NCBI GenBank assembly: GCA_963715865.1
Contig: OY970280.1
Coordinates: forward strand, 2,144,001 to 2,208,000
Length of the DNA stretch: 64,000 nucleotides
Reading direction: 5' to 3'
DNA from: Candidatus Bathyarchaeota archaeon
Lineage (GTDB): Archaea; Thermoproteota; Bathyarchaeia; Bathyarchaeales; Bathycorpusculaceae
Made by a program: the position numbers and the translations under genes. Positions 28,355-37,300 of the stretch are shown piece after piece (the stretch's first letter is position 1; each line of letters begins with the position of its first letter). The notes under the pieces were generated by a model. The model ran no database searches. It was not told the origin of the DNA and saw nothing but the letters and a program-made list of their open reading frames with translations.

Positions 28355-28499
28355 ATCTTTTCTTTTGACTACTCCCCTCCCTGAAAGCCTGCTAAAACTC
28401 TTTAATTTAAGCTTATTTTGGCATTTAGGGCTTAAACGTAGCACGTGCGCTTCAATCTTTTTAACTTTAATTTTCTAGCTAAAAATTGTTGCTTAGTCC

Positions 28500-28519
28500 T
28501 GTGATTTGTGACGTCACAA
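28500..28519. repeat. RTCAC box cluster 2
   Basis: TGTGATTTGTGAC is an 11/13 match to the reverse complement of the 13-mer; perfect 14-bp palindrome TTGTGACGTCACAA at 28506-28519. Confidence 0.75.
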
Positions 28520-29014
28520 GGGCTCTTCTGATGGGCTAGAAAGCCGTTTTAGGCTTGTTTCAAGCTCTTCCCGTATGATTTCTATGACTTTTAGATGGTC
28601 CTTTAGTTCCTCTTCCTTGTCAGGTGTGCCTTGATGTGCCTCGACATATTCGTGCAGTTTATTGGCTATTTCGAGATACGGGTCAAGAGTTGTGCTATCA
28701 AACACTCCTAAGTACCCTAAAAGTAGCACTGTATAAATCGATTTTATCACGTTTTCTTTGGACTGTTTTAACGTCCTGTTAAAGGCTCCGCGGCTTATTT
28801 TTGCCTTAGTTAGCCTTAAGTTGGCTTTTTCGTCGTATTTTAGCTGTTTGCCCGATATATTTTCGGCTAAAACGTCTATTAACAGTGTTTCAAGCTGTGT
28901 TTTGGTTAATTGGCTGTTTTTAGCGAGTATTTTGACAATGGGGTCGTTTAACGCTCCTGTTAACCATGCTTGAACGCTGTCTTTAAGCTTCAAACTGCTC
29001 ATCTCTTCCATCAT
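28514..29014 (-). CDS. Hypothetical protein with a Tfx/sigma70-region-4-like HTH
   Basis: LTKTQLETLL...YDEKANLR...ISRGAFNRTLKQSKENVIKSIYTVL resembles Tfx-type HTH spacing; the HTH call is pattern-based only. Confidence 0.7.
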   Translation of the reverse strand: MMEEMSSLKLKDSVQAWLTGALNDPIVKILAKNSQLTKTQLETLLIDVLAENISGKQLKYDEKANLRLTKAKISRGAFNRTLKQSKENVIKSIYTVLLLGYLGVFDSTTLDPYLEIANKLHEYVEAHQGTPDKEEELKDHLKVIEIIREELETSLKRLSSPSEEPL

Positions 29015-29367
29015 CTAAATGAATACACTTTTGTATACTGACTCGGGCTTTTTAAGGCTTATCCAATCAAAAATATGATCCTTACCTGCTATTAAAGCAG
29101 CCAAAAAACGGGTGAAATAGGAAAAGAAAGCAAAACAACTGCTCTTTGCAATTTAGAGGAATAAATGGCATATTTAACATATAAACGACTAAAATATTGA
29201 CTATTTAGCGGGCGCTTTCACGGATTTTAAACGATAATTACAGTTTTAAAACGTTTACTTGTCTTCTACTCTTTCTTATTTGGCAATTTTACTTTCTACT
29301 GCCAAATTATCGTTGCTCTTTATTTTGTAATCTTTTCAGGCCTTACTTTTTCCCTCATCAACTTCAG

Positions 29368-29483
29368 TGTGATTGGGTTAATAGGATTCGTGACGTCACC
29401 TGTCACGTTAAAATCACGCTGATTTAATCAAAAATCACTTGATATCACAAGATTGTGATACGTTTGTGATTTCTAATTATCAC
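29368..29483. repeat. RTCAC box array 3
   Basis: Ten TCAC/GTGA hits in about 115 bp; palindromes GTGACGTCAC (29390-29399) and TATCACAA-GA-TTGTGATA (29443-29460). Confidence 0.88.
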
Positions 29484-29512
29484 TATCTTCCAAGACTAGC
29501 TGCTATGTTTGT

Positions 29513-30355
29513 TTAGAGACTCTCTGAATATTCTTTTAATTTATCAAAAAGTTCAGGTCGCAAATCCCTTAAGGTAGGGATAAAGGTCTCTGCAGCTCTT
29601 AAGTCGCTGTAATCTACTTCACAGGTGATAAAGTCTTCTTCGTCATACTTTGCCTTTGCAAGAACGTCTCCAGTTGGGCTAACCAACCTGCTTCCTCCCC
29701 AAAATTGTAAGCCATCCTCAACGCCGGCAAGATTCACGTATGCAAGAAAAGCTGTGTTTTCTAAAGCTCTTGCAGCAGTTAATATTTCAAAGTAGCTCCT
29801 ACGTACAGCAGGCGACGCAGATATGCAAACTATCAGCTGTGCACCTTTCAATCGTGTAAGTCTAAGCACTTCTGGAAAGAAAACGTCATAGCATATGCAT
29901 AAACCTATATTTCCCAAATCAGTTTGGAAGGCAGCTGGTTGATAGCCAAGTCGGAAATATCTTTTCTCTTCGAATACGCTGTGAGTTGGCGGATACATTT
30001 TACGATATTTACCGATTAAACCTTGAGGTCCTACTAAGACTGCAGCGTTAAAGACCGTTGCTTGTGTTTTTTCGCTTAACTCCGGCATCCCAAAAATAAT
30101 ATGCATCCCTGTTTTCTTTGCTAATGCCTCTACTTTCTCAACTGTTGGTCCAGGTATTGTTTCAGCCAACTCATAGATTTGATCCCTGACTACGTAACCA
30201 GTCAACGAAAGCTCAGGGAAAATAACCAGATCCGCCGCTTGCTCCTTGGCTTTAAAGGTCAACTTTTCTATTTTCTGCAGATTCTCATTTTTGCTTTCAC
30301 GTTTGCTGCTTATCTGAGCAAGCGCAAGTTTAATTTTGTCCTTCATGTATTCCAC
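29513..30355 (-). CDS. Carbon-nitrogen hydrolase (nitrilase superfamily)
   Basis: E-K-C triad in FPEL, YRKMY and ICYD; FWGGS. Confidence 0.93.
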   Translation of the reverse strand: MEYMKDKIKLALAQISSKRESKNENLQKIEKLTFKAKEQAADLVIFPELSLTGYVVRDQIYELAETIPGPTVEKVEALAKKTGMHIIFGMPELSEKTQATVFNAAVLVGPQGLIGKYRKMYPPTHSVFEEKRYFRLGYQPAAFQTDLGNIGLCICYDVFFPEVLRLTRLKGAQLIVCISASPAVRRSYFEILTAARALENTAFLAYVNLAGVEDGLQFWGGSRLVSPTGDVLAKAKYDEEDFITCEVDYSDLRAAETFIPTLRDLRPELFDKLKEYSESL

Positions 30356-30358
30356 TTT

Positions 30359-31210
30359 TCAATAAGTATGTCTTGGAAGCCTAAAATCGTTTCCTACTGT
30401 TCTGTATCCAATTTTTGGAGCTATTGGCATTCTTCTTTTGTGTTCATTTGCTAACCATCTGGTCTTTACCTTTTCAACAATAGACTTCTGAATGCTTAGT
30501 TGATTTGCAATCTCTTCAGTAGTCATAAACCGCTCCAGCCCGTAAAGAATGAGGTCTAAGGTTTCATACTTGATGCCGAGTTCGTTTTCTGCAGTTTGGT
30601 TTGGCCAAAGTGCTGGTGTAGATGGTTTTAGCGCGAGTTCTTGTGGGATTCCTAAATGAATTGCGAGTTTGCGAACTTGCGTTTTATATAAATCCATTAT
30701 TGGCGTTATGTCTGCTGCCGCGTCTCCCCACTTTGTGAAGTAGCCCATCATTGTTTCTGATTTGTCAGAGCTTCCGCAAACTATTCTGTTAAGTTTGTTA
30801 GCGTAGTAGTAAAGGTAAATCATTCTAGTTCTTGCTTTAATGTTACCTTTACAAAGTCTATCTGATGGATCAAACACAGGAATAGCCTTGTAAAAGCATC
30901 CTAAAACAGCTGACATATCGCAGATTTGTGTTTCCAATTTGAATTTTTCTGCAACCACCCTAGCGTCATCAATGTCTTTTTGGTTAAACGTTTCCTTTTC
31001 CGGAAGCATAAGCCCTAAAACATGCTCTCCGCCTACTGAGAGACTTGAAAGCGCCGCTGTTGTTCCACTATCAATTCCTCCGGAAAGTCCAAGAACTACA
31101 CCCTTTGCTTGTGCGTTTTCGACGTACTCTTTAATGAAACGGCAAATTCTTTTTTCGGTCTCAGAAAAATCCAAGTCTAACACAGAAGAAGTTAACTTCA
31201 CTTGGCTCAC
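30359..31210 (-). CDS. nadE: NAD+ synthetase (synthetase domain only)
   Basis: LGLSGGIDS, GNIKARTRM, GYFTKWGD, DLYKTQVR and KPSTPALWPNQ. Confidence 0.96.
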   Translation of the reverse strand: MSQVKLTSSVLDLDFSETEKRICRFIKEYVENAQAKGVVLGLSGGIDSGTTAALSSLSVGGEHVLGLMLPEKETFNQKDIDDARVVAEKFKLETQICDMSAVLGCFYKAIPVFDPSDRLCKGNIKARTRMIYLYYYANKLNRIVCGSSDKSETMMGYFTKWGDAAADITPIMDLYKTQVRKLAIHLGIPQELALKPSTPALWPNQTAENELGIKYETLDLILYGLERFMTTEEIANQLSIQKSIVEKVKTRWLANEHKRRMPIAPKIGYRTVGNDFRLPRHTY

Positions 31211-31299
31211 GCAGCCTCATATTCTTGGTTCGTAGGCAAGTATTTAAGGACAAGCATAAATATAATTGAGCATTACCATCGATTTGGAAGGCTGTTATA

Positions 31300-31566
31300 T
31301 TGGGGCGAAGAAGGAAAAAAGTGGTTCACATTCCTAAGAAACGTTTGCCTAAATTCTTCTCTTGCCCTAAATGTGGAAAAGAAACAGTAAGGGTTGAAAT
31401 ATTCAGAGAAGACGGCCACGCTGTTGCACGTTGCAGTAGCTGCGGTCTTAAGGAAGAATTCCCAATTAAACCTGCCCAAGGCGAAGTTGACGTTTACTGC
31501 ACGCTCACCGACCGCGTTTATGGTTCCACAAAAAGAGCAACTGTAACAAACGTAAAAAAAGAGTAA
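31300..31566 (+). CDS. elf1: Transcription elongation factor Elf1
   Basis: MGRRRKK start, FSCPKCG...CSSCG zinc ribbon, VDVYCTLTD. Confidence 0.88.
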   Translation: MGRRRKKVVHIPKKRLPKFFSCPKCGKETVRVEIFREDGHAVARCSSCGLKEEFPIKPAQGEVDVYCTLTDRVYGSTKRATVTNVKKE

Positions 31567-31582
31567 TTGAAGGATTGCTGGT

Positions 31583-32335
31583 ATGGTAGGGCCTGTCGAG
31601 AAGTACTTGCTCGAAAAAATAAAGACCCAAGGTTCAATCCACATAACTCTTGTTGATCCAGAAAAAATATCAGCCTCAGATGCTTCGCGTATTGCTGAAA
31701 ACTCTGAAAATAGCGGAACCTCCGCCATTATGATTGGAGGCTCAACTTTTGTTTCTCAAGCTCACCTTGACGATGTGGTAAAAGCCATTAAGTCCACTGT
31801 AAATATTCCCGCAATACTTTTCCCAAACAATATAACTGGAATAAGCAGCCACGCAGACGCCATATGGTTCATGTCACTTTTAAATTCGGTTGATCCTTAC
31901 TTTCTTATTGGCGCCCAGATTCTTGGAGCTCCACTCGTTAAAAAGTATGGTTTAGAACCAATTTCTATGGGCTACATTATTGTAGGCGAAGGTGGCACTG
32001 CTGGCATAGTAGGCAAAGCGATTTCAGTACCGTATAATAAACCTGAATTAGCAGCCGCTCACGCTCTTGCTGGCCAATACCTTGGAATGCGCTTCATTTA
32101 TCTTGAAGGAGGTTCTGGAGCAGCAAATCCTGTGCCCCCAGAAATGATTCGTGTAGTCAAACATTTGCTTGAAATTCACCTCATAGTAGGTGGGGGAATA
32201 AGAACTAAAGAGCAAGCGATAGCTGCTGCCTCTGCAGGAGCAGACATAATCGTAACTGGAAACGTCACTGAGACCAATGATGCCAAGCAAAGGGTTTCTG
32301 AAATCATCGAAGCAATCAAGGGCCTTAAGGTTTAA
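31583..32335 (+). CDS. Geranylgeranylglyceryl phosphate synthase
   Basis: HITLVDPEK, IMIGGST, MGYIIVGEGG, YLEGGSGA and VGGGIR. Confidence 0.95.
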   Translation: MVGPVEKYLLEKIKTQGSIHITLVDPEKISASDASRIAENSENSGTSAIMIGGSTFVSQAHLDDVVKAIKSTVNIPAILFPNNITGISSHADAIWFMSLLNSVDPYFLIGAQILGAPLVKKYGLEPISMGYIIVGEGGTAGIVGKAISVPYNKPELAAAHALAGQYLGMRFIYLEGGSGAANPVPPEMIRVVKHLLEIHLIVGGGIRTKEQAIAAASAGADIIVTGNVTETNDAKQRVSEIIEAIKGLKV

Positions 32336-32420
32336 GGTTTGAAGTCTGCTTAGCTTTTCTATTTAGTTTTTAGAAAGCCAAAATAACCCATTACTCTATA
32401 TCTTGAGGTGGAGCTGCGCT

Positions 32421-35400
32421 TTGAATATCAGCAAGGGCTATCAGAACTACGTTGAGACGATGGAAAATCAGCTAAAGCAATTGTATGCCATAAGCGACAG
32501 CGCCAGATCAAAAGGCTTTGACCCATCATTAAAAACAGAGTCCATTATTGCACAAGACATCGCTGACTTAGTAGAAGGGCTGGTAGGACCCAAAGAAGTG
32601 GCACTCAGCATCAGAGAATTAAGCACTAAAATGCAAAGAGAAGAAATCGCATTTAAAGTTGCTGAAGAAATTGTTTACGGCAAATTTGGTCACATGGAAC
32701 CTGAAAAAGCAGCTGAGCAGGCAATTCGAACTGCCCTTGCAATTTTCACTGAAGGCTTAACTGCAGCGCCAATACAAGGCATAGCTCAAGTCAAAATAAA
32801 AACTAACGCTGATAGGACACGCTATTTGGCGATATACTTTGCAGGGCCAATCCGGTCTGCGGGCGGGACAGACCAGGCATTAACTCTTGTCGTAGGCGAT
32901 TTCGTGCGCCGCCAGTTAGGCTTGGATAGATATAAGCCTACAGATGAAGAAATCTCCCGTTTTATAGAAGAGTTAAGATTGTATGAACGGTCGGTAGGCC
33001 GTTTCCAATACCACATTCCCGATGATGAATTAAAGAAAGCGCTTAGTTTGCTTCCTGTTGAAGTCACAGGCACTGAATCAGACCCTGTAGAAGTCTCTTC
33101 ATACAGAAATCTTCCAAGAATCGAGACAAACCGCGTAAGAGGTGGTGCACTCAGGGTGGTTAACGACGGTATCGTAGGGCGCGCTCAAAAGGTTTTGGTA
33201 ATTATTGAAAAGCTCGGTTTCCAAGGTTGGGATTGGCTAAGAGAATTCCGAAAGAAATCCGAGAAGAAGTCAGGCGGCTTCATGGATGACGTGATTGCTG
33301 GGCGCCCAATTTTCTCTTTTCCTTCACGGCGTGGCGGCTTCAGGTTAAGGTATGGCAGATCGCGAAACACTGGCCTCTCAGCTGTAGGCATCCATCCTGC
33401 CACAATGCTTGTACTGGAGCGTTTTCTTGCTACAGGCACACAAATGCGCTTAGAACTTCCGGGGAAAGGTTGCGTTACAGTCCCAGTGGATAGCATTGAG
33501 CCTCCTATTGTTTTACTGAAGGATAATTCAGTCGTTCGAGTGTGGCTGGAAAATTTTGCCGAAGTTAAAGGCAAAATCCAAAAAATCCTATTTTTAGGGG
33601 ATATCCTGATTAGTTTTGGCGATTTTCTCTATACCAGTAAGGGGCTTTCGCCTTCAGGATACGTTGAGGAATGGTGGGTTAAAGACCTACAGAGTGTTCT
33701 TACGGAAAAATTCGGCTCAGATCACGAGAAAGCAGCGGAAGTTGCTCAGGTTTCTTTAGGAAGACTGAATATTTTTCTGGACGACCCGTTTAGCAACAAA
33801 CCTACAGCTAAAGAGGCGATACTTCTTAGCTTGCACTTGGGCGTGCCTTTGCATCCAAATTTTACGTTCTTCTGGACAAGCTTATCCTCGGTTCAAGAGG
33901 TTGAGTTTCTGAAAAAGTGGTTGGCTTCTTCTGAAATTACCTTGGAAGATGGCGTTGTTTGCAGAATTTTGGGAGAGACCAACGAAGGTATTGTAGGGTT
34001 ATTGCGGAAAATCCTTGTTCCGCATAAACTAGTAGGTGATAAGATTTTGCTGGAAGGTGAAGATGCGGTCGCTTTGGCCTTCTGTCTTGGTTACGGTACC
34101 ACAAAAATGGTTGAGGGCACGCAGACTGCTACAGCGTTGGAAGCAATTAGCCTGCTTTCTGGAGTGCAAGTTAAAGATAAAGCGCCTACCTTTGTGGGTG
34201 CACGCATGGGTCGACCTGAGAAGGCTAAAAGGCGAGAGATGAAGCCGCTTGTTCACGTTCTATTTCCAGTAAGCTTAGCTGGCGGTTCGCACAGGGATCT
34301 TTTGGAAGCGGCAAAGCAGGGTCCTGTGTTTGTTGAGATAACTAAGAGGAAATGCCCAAACTGTAAAACTTACACTTTAAGGGTAAAATGCTCCAGTTGT
34401 GGATGTGACACTATAGCAGAGAATAGTTGTCCTCGTTGTGGTAAAGCTTTAAAGGATAACAGTTGCCCCACCTGTAAAACGGATGCTGTTCAGTACCAGC
34501 GGCAGCCGATTAACTTCAAAGACTTAATCGATACTGCATGCAGGTCACTTGGTTATCCAGTTCCAAAACTCTTGAGGGGCGTTAAAGGATTAACTAATCA
34601 AGATAAGACTCCTGAAATTATCGAAAAGGGTGTTTTGCGGGCAAAATATGATTTGTCAGTGTACAAGGATGGAACAATCCGCTTTGACGCTACCAATGCT
34701 CCCTTAACACATTTTACGCCTGCCGAAATCGGAGTGCCCGTTGAAAAGATAAGGCAGCTAGGATACTGTTACGATATCCATGGCGCATGTTTGACTGATC
34801 CTAATCAGGTTTGTGAGCTTAGGGTTCAGGATGTTGTGATTCCTTGGCGAGCAGGAGAATACTTTATTCAAATTGCGGATTTTATTGATGACCTACTGAC
34901 AAGAGTCTACAAGCTTCCCTCTTACTATAACGTTAAGAAGCCTGAAGACCTTGTTGGGCATTTAATTTTAGGTTTAGCTCCCCATACATGCGCATGTATT
35001 TTAGGGCGCATAGTTGGTTTTACTGATCGTAATGTAATTTATGCTCATCCTATTTGGCACTCAGCCAAACGCCGAGACTGTGACGGTGATGAAGACGCTA
35101 TCATGCTGGCGCTGGATACACTTCTCAACTTCTCTCGCGTATACTTGCCTGCTCAGATAGGCGGAATCATGGATGCTCCCCTACTCTTAATTCCGTTTGT
35201 TAACACGAAGGAAGTGCAAAGACAAGCCCACGATTTTGATGTTGACGCAACTTATCCGCTTGAATTCTACCAAAAAACTCTTGAGAAAGCTGAAGCTAGG
35301 TCAGTGAGCTCTATTATGGACGTTATCAGTCATAGGCTTGGGACTGAAGCGCAGTTTGAAGGGTTCAACTACACCACTCCCGTGTCAAACATAAACCTTG

Positions 35401-35831
35401 GTAACGCTAACAGTTCCTATAAAGAATTCAAGTCCATGATTGATAAACTGAATATGCAGCTGGAGTTAGACGAAAAAATTGACGCTGTGGACGTCAGGCG
35501 TGTCGCCTTAAAAGTCTTAACAACTCATTTTATTAGAGACATAGCGGGTAATTTGCGTGCTTTCTCAACGCAAGCGTTTAGATGTAAATCATGCAACAAA
35601 AAGTTTCGTCGATTGCCTCTCAAAGGGAAATGCCCTTTTTGTGGGGGAAAGTTAACTCTCACTGTTTACCGTGGCGGTATAGAGAAGTATCTGGTGGTGG
35701 CACAGCAACTTGTTGATAAATACGGCTTACCAAAGTATTATACTCAGCGCATGGACCTGATAAAAGAAGAGATAGCTTCTATGTTCGATAACAAAAAGCC
35801 AAAGCAGGCCAGCCTTTCCGATTTTACCTAA
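32421..35831 (+). CDS. polC: DNA polymerase D large subunit DP2
   Basis: GPIRSAGGT, RLRYGRSRNTG, GARMGRPEK, catalytic RRDCDGDED and C-terminal Zn finger; probable TTG start at 32421 after a GAGGTG SD. Confidence 0.98.
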   Translation: MNISKGYQNYVETMENQLKQLYAISDSARSKGFDPSLKTESIIAQDIADLVEGLVGPKEVALSIRELSTKMQREEIAFKVAEEIVYGKFGHMEPEKAAEQAIRTALAIFTEGLTAAPIQGIAQVKIKTNADRTRYLAIYFAGPIRSAGGTDQALTLVVGDFVRRQLGLDRYKPTDEEISRFIEELRLYERSVGRFQYHIPDDELKKALSLLPVEVTGTESDPVEVSSYRNLPRIETNRVRGGALRVVNDGIVGRAQKVLVIIEKLGFQGWDWLREFRKKSEKKSGGFMDDVIAGRPIFSFPSRRGGFRLRYGRSRNTGLSAVGIHPATMLVLERFLATGTQMRLELPGKGCVTVPVDSIEPPIVLLKDNSVVRVWLENFAEVKGKIQKILFLGDILISFGDFLYTSKGLSPSGYVEEWWVKDLQSVLTEKFGSDHEKAAEVAQVSLGRLNIFLDDPFSNKPTAKEAILLSLHLGVPLHPNFTFFWTSLSSVQEVEFLKKWLASSEITLEDGVVCRILGETNEGIVGLLRKILVPHKLVGDKILLEGEDAVALAFCLGYGTTKMVEGTQTATALEAISLLSGVQVKDKAPTFVGARMGRPEKAKRREMKPLVHVLFPVSLAGGSHRDLLEAAKQGPVFVEITKRKCPNCKTYTLRVKCSSCGCDTIAENSCPRCGKALKDNSCPTCKTDAVQYQRQPINFKDLIDTACRSLGYPVPKLLRGVKGLTNQDKTPEIIEKGVLRAKYDLSVYKDGTIRFDATNAPLTHFTPAEIGVPVEKIRQLGYCYDIHGACLTDPNQVCELRVQDVVIPWRAGEYFIQIADFIDDLLTRVYKLPSYYNVKKPEDLVGHLILGLAPHTCACILGRIVGFTDRNVIYAHPIWHSAKRRDCDGDEDAIMLALDTLLNFSRVYLPAQIGGIMDAPLLLIPFVNTKEVQRQAHDFDVDATYPLEFYQKTLEKAEARSVSSIMDVISHRLGTEAQFEGFNYTTPVSNINLGNANSSYKEFKSMIDKLNMQLELDEKIDAVDVRRVALKVLTTHFIRDIAGNLRAFSTQAFRCKSCNKKFRRLPLKGKCPFCGGKLTLTVYRGGIEKYLVVAQQLVDKYGLPKYYTQRMDLIKEEIASMFDNKKPKQASLSDFT

Positions 35832-35887
35832 AGCTTTTCAATGTAAACCGCGTTTTTATCTAGCGGTGAAATGGTATAAAGGAATCT

Positions 35888-36139
35888 TTGCATCCGAACG
35901 CTTACTTAGAACATGTGAGAAACGTAAGTAGCGGTGTTAAAGCCAGAACTAAAATACTAGAAACTCTTGAGAGCAAACCCAGTGATGCAGTAAGTATAGC
36001 GAAGGTAACGTCTTTATCTTATAGCGTTGTTCTGCATCACTTGCGACTTCTTGAAAATGAAAGCATAGTTCACCGCAAAGGACGTAGACCTTATTATTGG
36101 GTGTCTACAGGTTTAGGGCAGAAACGCCTAGTTAGTTAG
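35888..36139 (+). CDS. ArsR-like winged-helix regulator
   Basis: ARTKILETL...IAKVTSLSYSVVLHHLRLLENESIV. Confidence 0.8.
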   Translation: MHPNAYLEHVRNVSSGVKARTKILETLESKPSDAVSIAKVTSLSYSVVLHHLRLLENESIVHRKGRRPYYWVSTGLGQKRLVS

Positions 36140-36426
36140 AACGTGCATTGGCATGGTGACTGTTGACATTTTGGGCATTTATAGTTGTATTTGTTGATGG
36201 CTGTTTTTTCAAGGTCTATTCCCATTATGTTAGCAAGAGATGCAAGCCATGCAATTACATCTGCAAATTCTTTCTCAGTAGCCTCTTTATCGGTTCCTTT
36301 TTTCAATTCTTCCCCTAATTCTGCAACCTCATCAACAAGCCAATTGTATGTTCCGTTTACTCCACGTTCGGAATCTCTTTTAAAATATAGGCGACGCATC
36401 ATTTCTTGAAATTCATGAATGTGCAT
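36136..36426 (-). CDS. MazG-like nucleotide pyrophosphohydrolase
   Basis: LVDEVAELGEE and KEFADVIAWL motifs; C-terminal CPKCQQSPC. Confidence 0.9.
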   Translation of the reverse strand: MHIHEFQEMMRRLYFKRDSERGVNGTYNWLVDEVAELGEELKKGTDKEATEKEFADVIAWLASLANIMGIDLEKTAINKYNYKCPKCQQSPCQCTF

Positions 36427-36568
36427 AGGCTCACCAAATTTTGTGTAAATTGTTAACGTTGTACAGTTTAAACTTTGTCAACCGAAAAAAATTCAGGTTT
36501 TAAAATTTTGGAATCTGCGCAACATTAATTAAATGCATACAATACATTGAAAAGGACAGGGATATTTG

Positions 36569-36742
36569 GTGAGTAGACGCAAAAAGAAAGAGACAGGTCC
36601 AATGCCCGCAGCAAGTGCAGGTTTGCTGAGGTTCTTTGAAGAAGAGACTGAAGGAATAAAAATTAGACCTGAACTGCTTGTGGTCTTTGCGGTTTCATTG
36701 ATAGTTATTTCTGTTTTAGCAAAAGTATTCTTTGCAGGTTAA
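36569..36742 (+). CDS. secG: Preprotein translocase subunit SecG (Sec61beta); below the ORF-track cutoff
   Basis: GTG-started MSRRKKKETGPMPAASAGLLRFFEEETEGIKIRPELLVVFAVSLIVISVLAKVFFAG with the AGLLRFFEE signature and one TM. Confidence 0.93.
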   Translation: MSRRKKKETGPMPAASAGLLRFFEEETEGIKIRPELLVVFAVSLIVISVLAKVFFAG

Positions 36743-36751
36743 ACAGCTTAT

Positions 36752-37042
36752 TTAACGCCTCGGCGGCGTAGCGTGTAAAACTTCTATTCTTTGAACCGAA
36801 TTCAGATGAAGAAATAACTCGCTTCTTTCTTCTCGACTTGCCACTTGCGGAATAGGCTGGGCAATTGTAGACCTTAAAACGATAGCTTCTGCGTCTGAAA
36901 GCCAGATTCCTGATGGTTCATACGTTACAGCGGCTAACGTGCCCTCGAAACCGTAAGCTGGATCTATAATAACTCTGATTTTCTTGCCCACGTTTCTCTC
37001 CAGCATGTGAAATATTGAAGGGGGCAAATCTTGATCTGGCAT
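36752..37042 (-). CDS. Divergent Sm/Lsm-fold protein
   Basis: Sm1-like GKKIRVIID...FEGTL...IWLSDAE; Sm2-like LFLHLNSVQRIE. Confidence 0.65.
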   Translation of the reverse strand: MPDQDLPPSIFHMLERNVGKKIRVIIDPAYGFEGTLAAVTYEPSGIWLSDAEAIVLRSTIAQPIPQVASREERSELFLHLNSVQRIEVLHATPPRR

Positions 37043-37300
37043 AGACTTCGCAAACTAATATGATTGTTATTCTAAAGATAAAACAATTCCCCTGTTAAAG
37101 CATGTTAACTCTGTGGCTATTATGGCAAGATGACGTTTTGTTTTCCTTGCTTTTTGCCTTTTTTGGTGCTAAAATGTCAAGGTCTCTACTGTGAGTTATT
37201 AAAAAATATGTATTTAGTGTCGAAAAAATAACTCCTTGAGTTAGCTAAATTTTAATAAGCCTGTCCAGTTCCATAAGAAACCCAATTTGAGGATGGAAAC

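Noticed and set aside
28246-29483. TCAC repeat clusters as a CRISPR array or iteron-type tandem repeat
   Set aside because: Units are 5-14 bp and irregularly spaced, with no constant 25-40-bp repeat, no unique spacers and no cas genes.
19750-29500. A/C-to-G/T skew switch at about 24 kb as independent support for oriC
   Set aside because: Similar switches occur several times elsewhere in the window, so skew is not diagnostic here; the oriC call rests on the ORB boxes and cdc6.
31273-31728. 151-aa minus-strand ORF, and the many other 60-160-aa antisense or off-frame ORFs in the track (e.g. 256-696, 60718-61197)
   Set aside because: They overlap well-supported genes on the other strand or frame and have no recognisable motifs; treated as shadow ORFs.
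32421-35831. Intein in DP2 or Cdc6
   Set aside because: Lengths are normal, the catalytic motifs are contiguous, and no C...HN splice junction or LAGLIDADG motif was seen.
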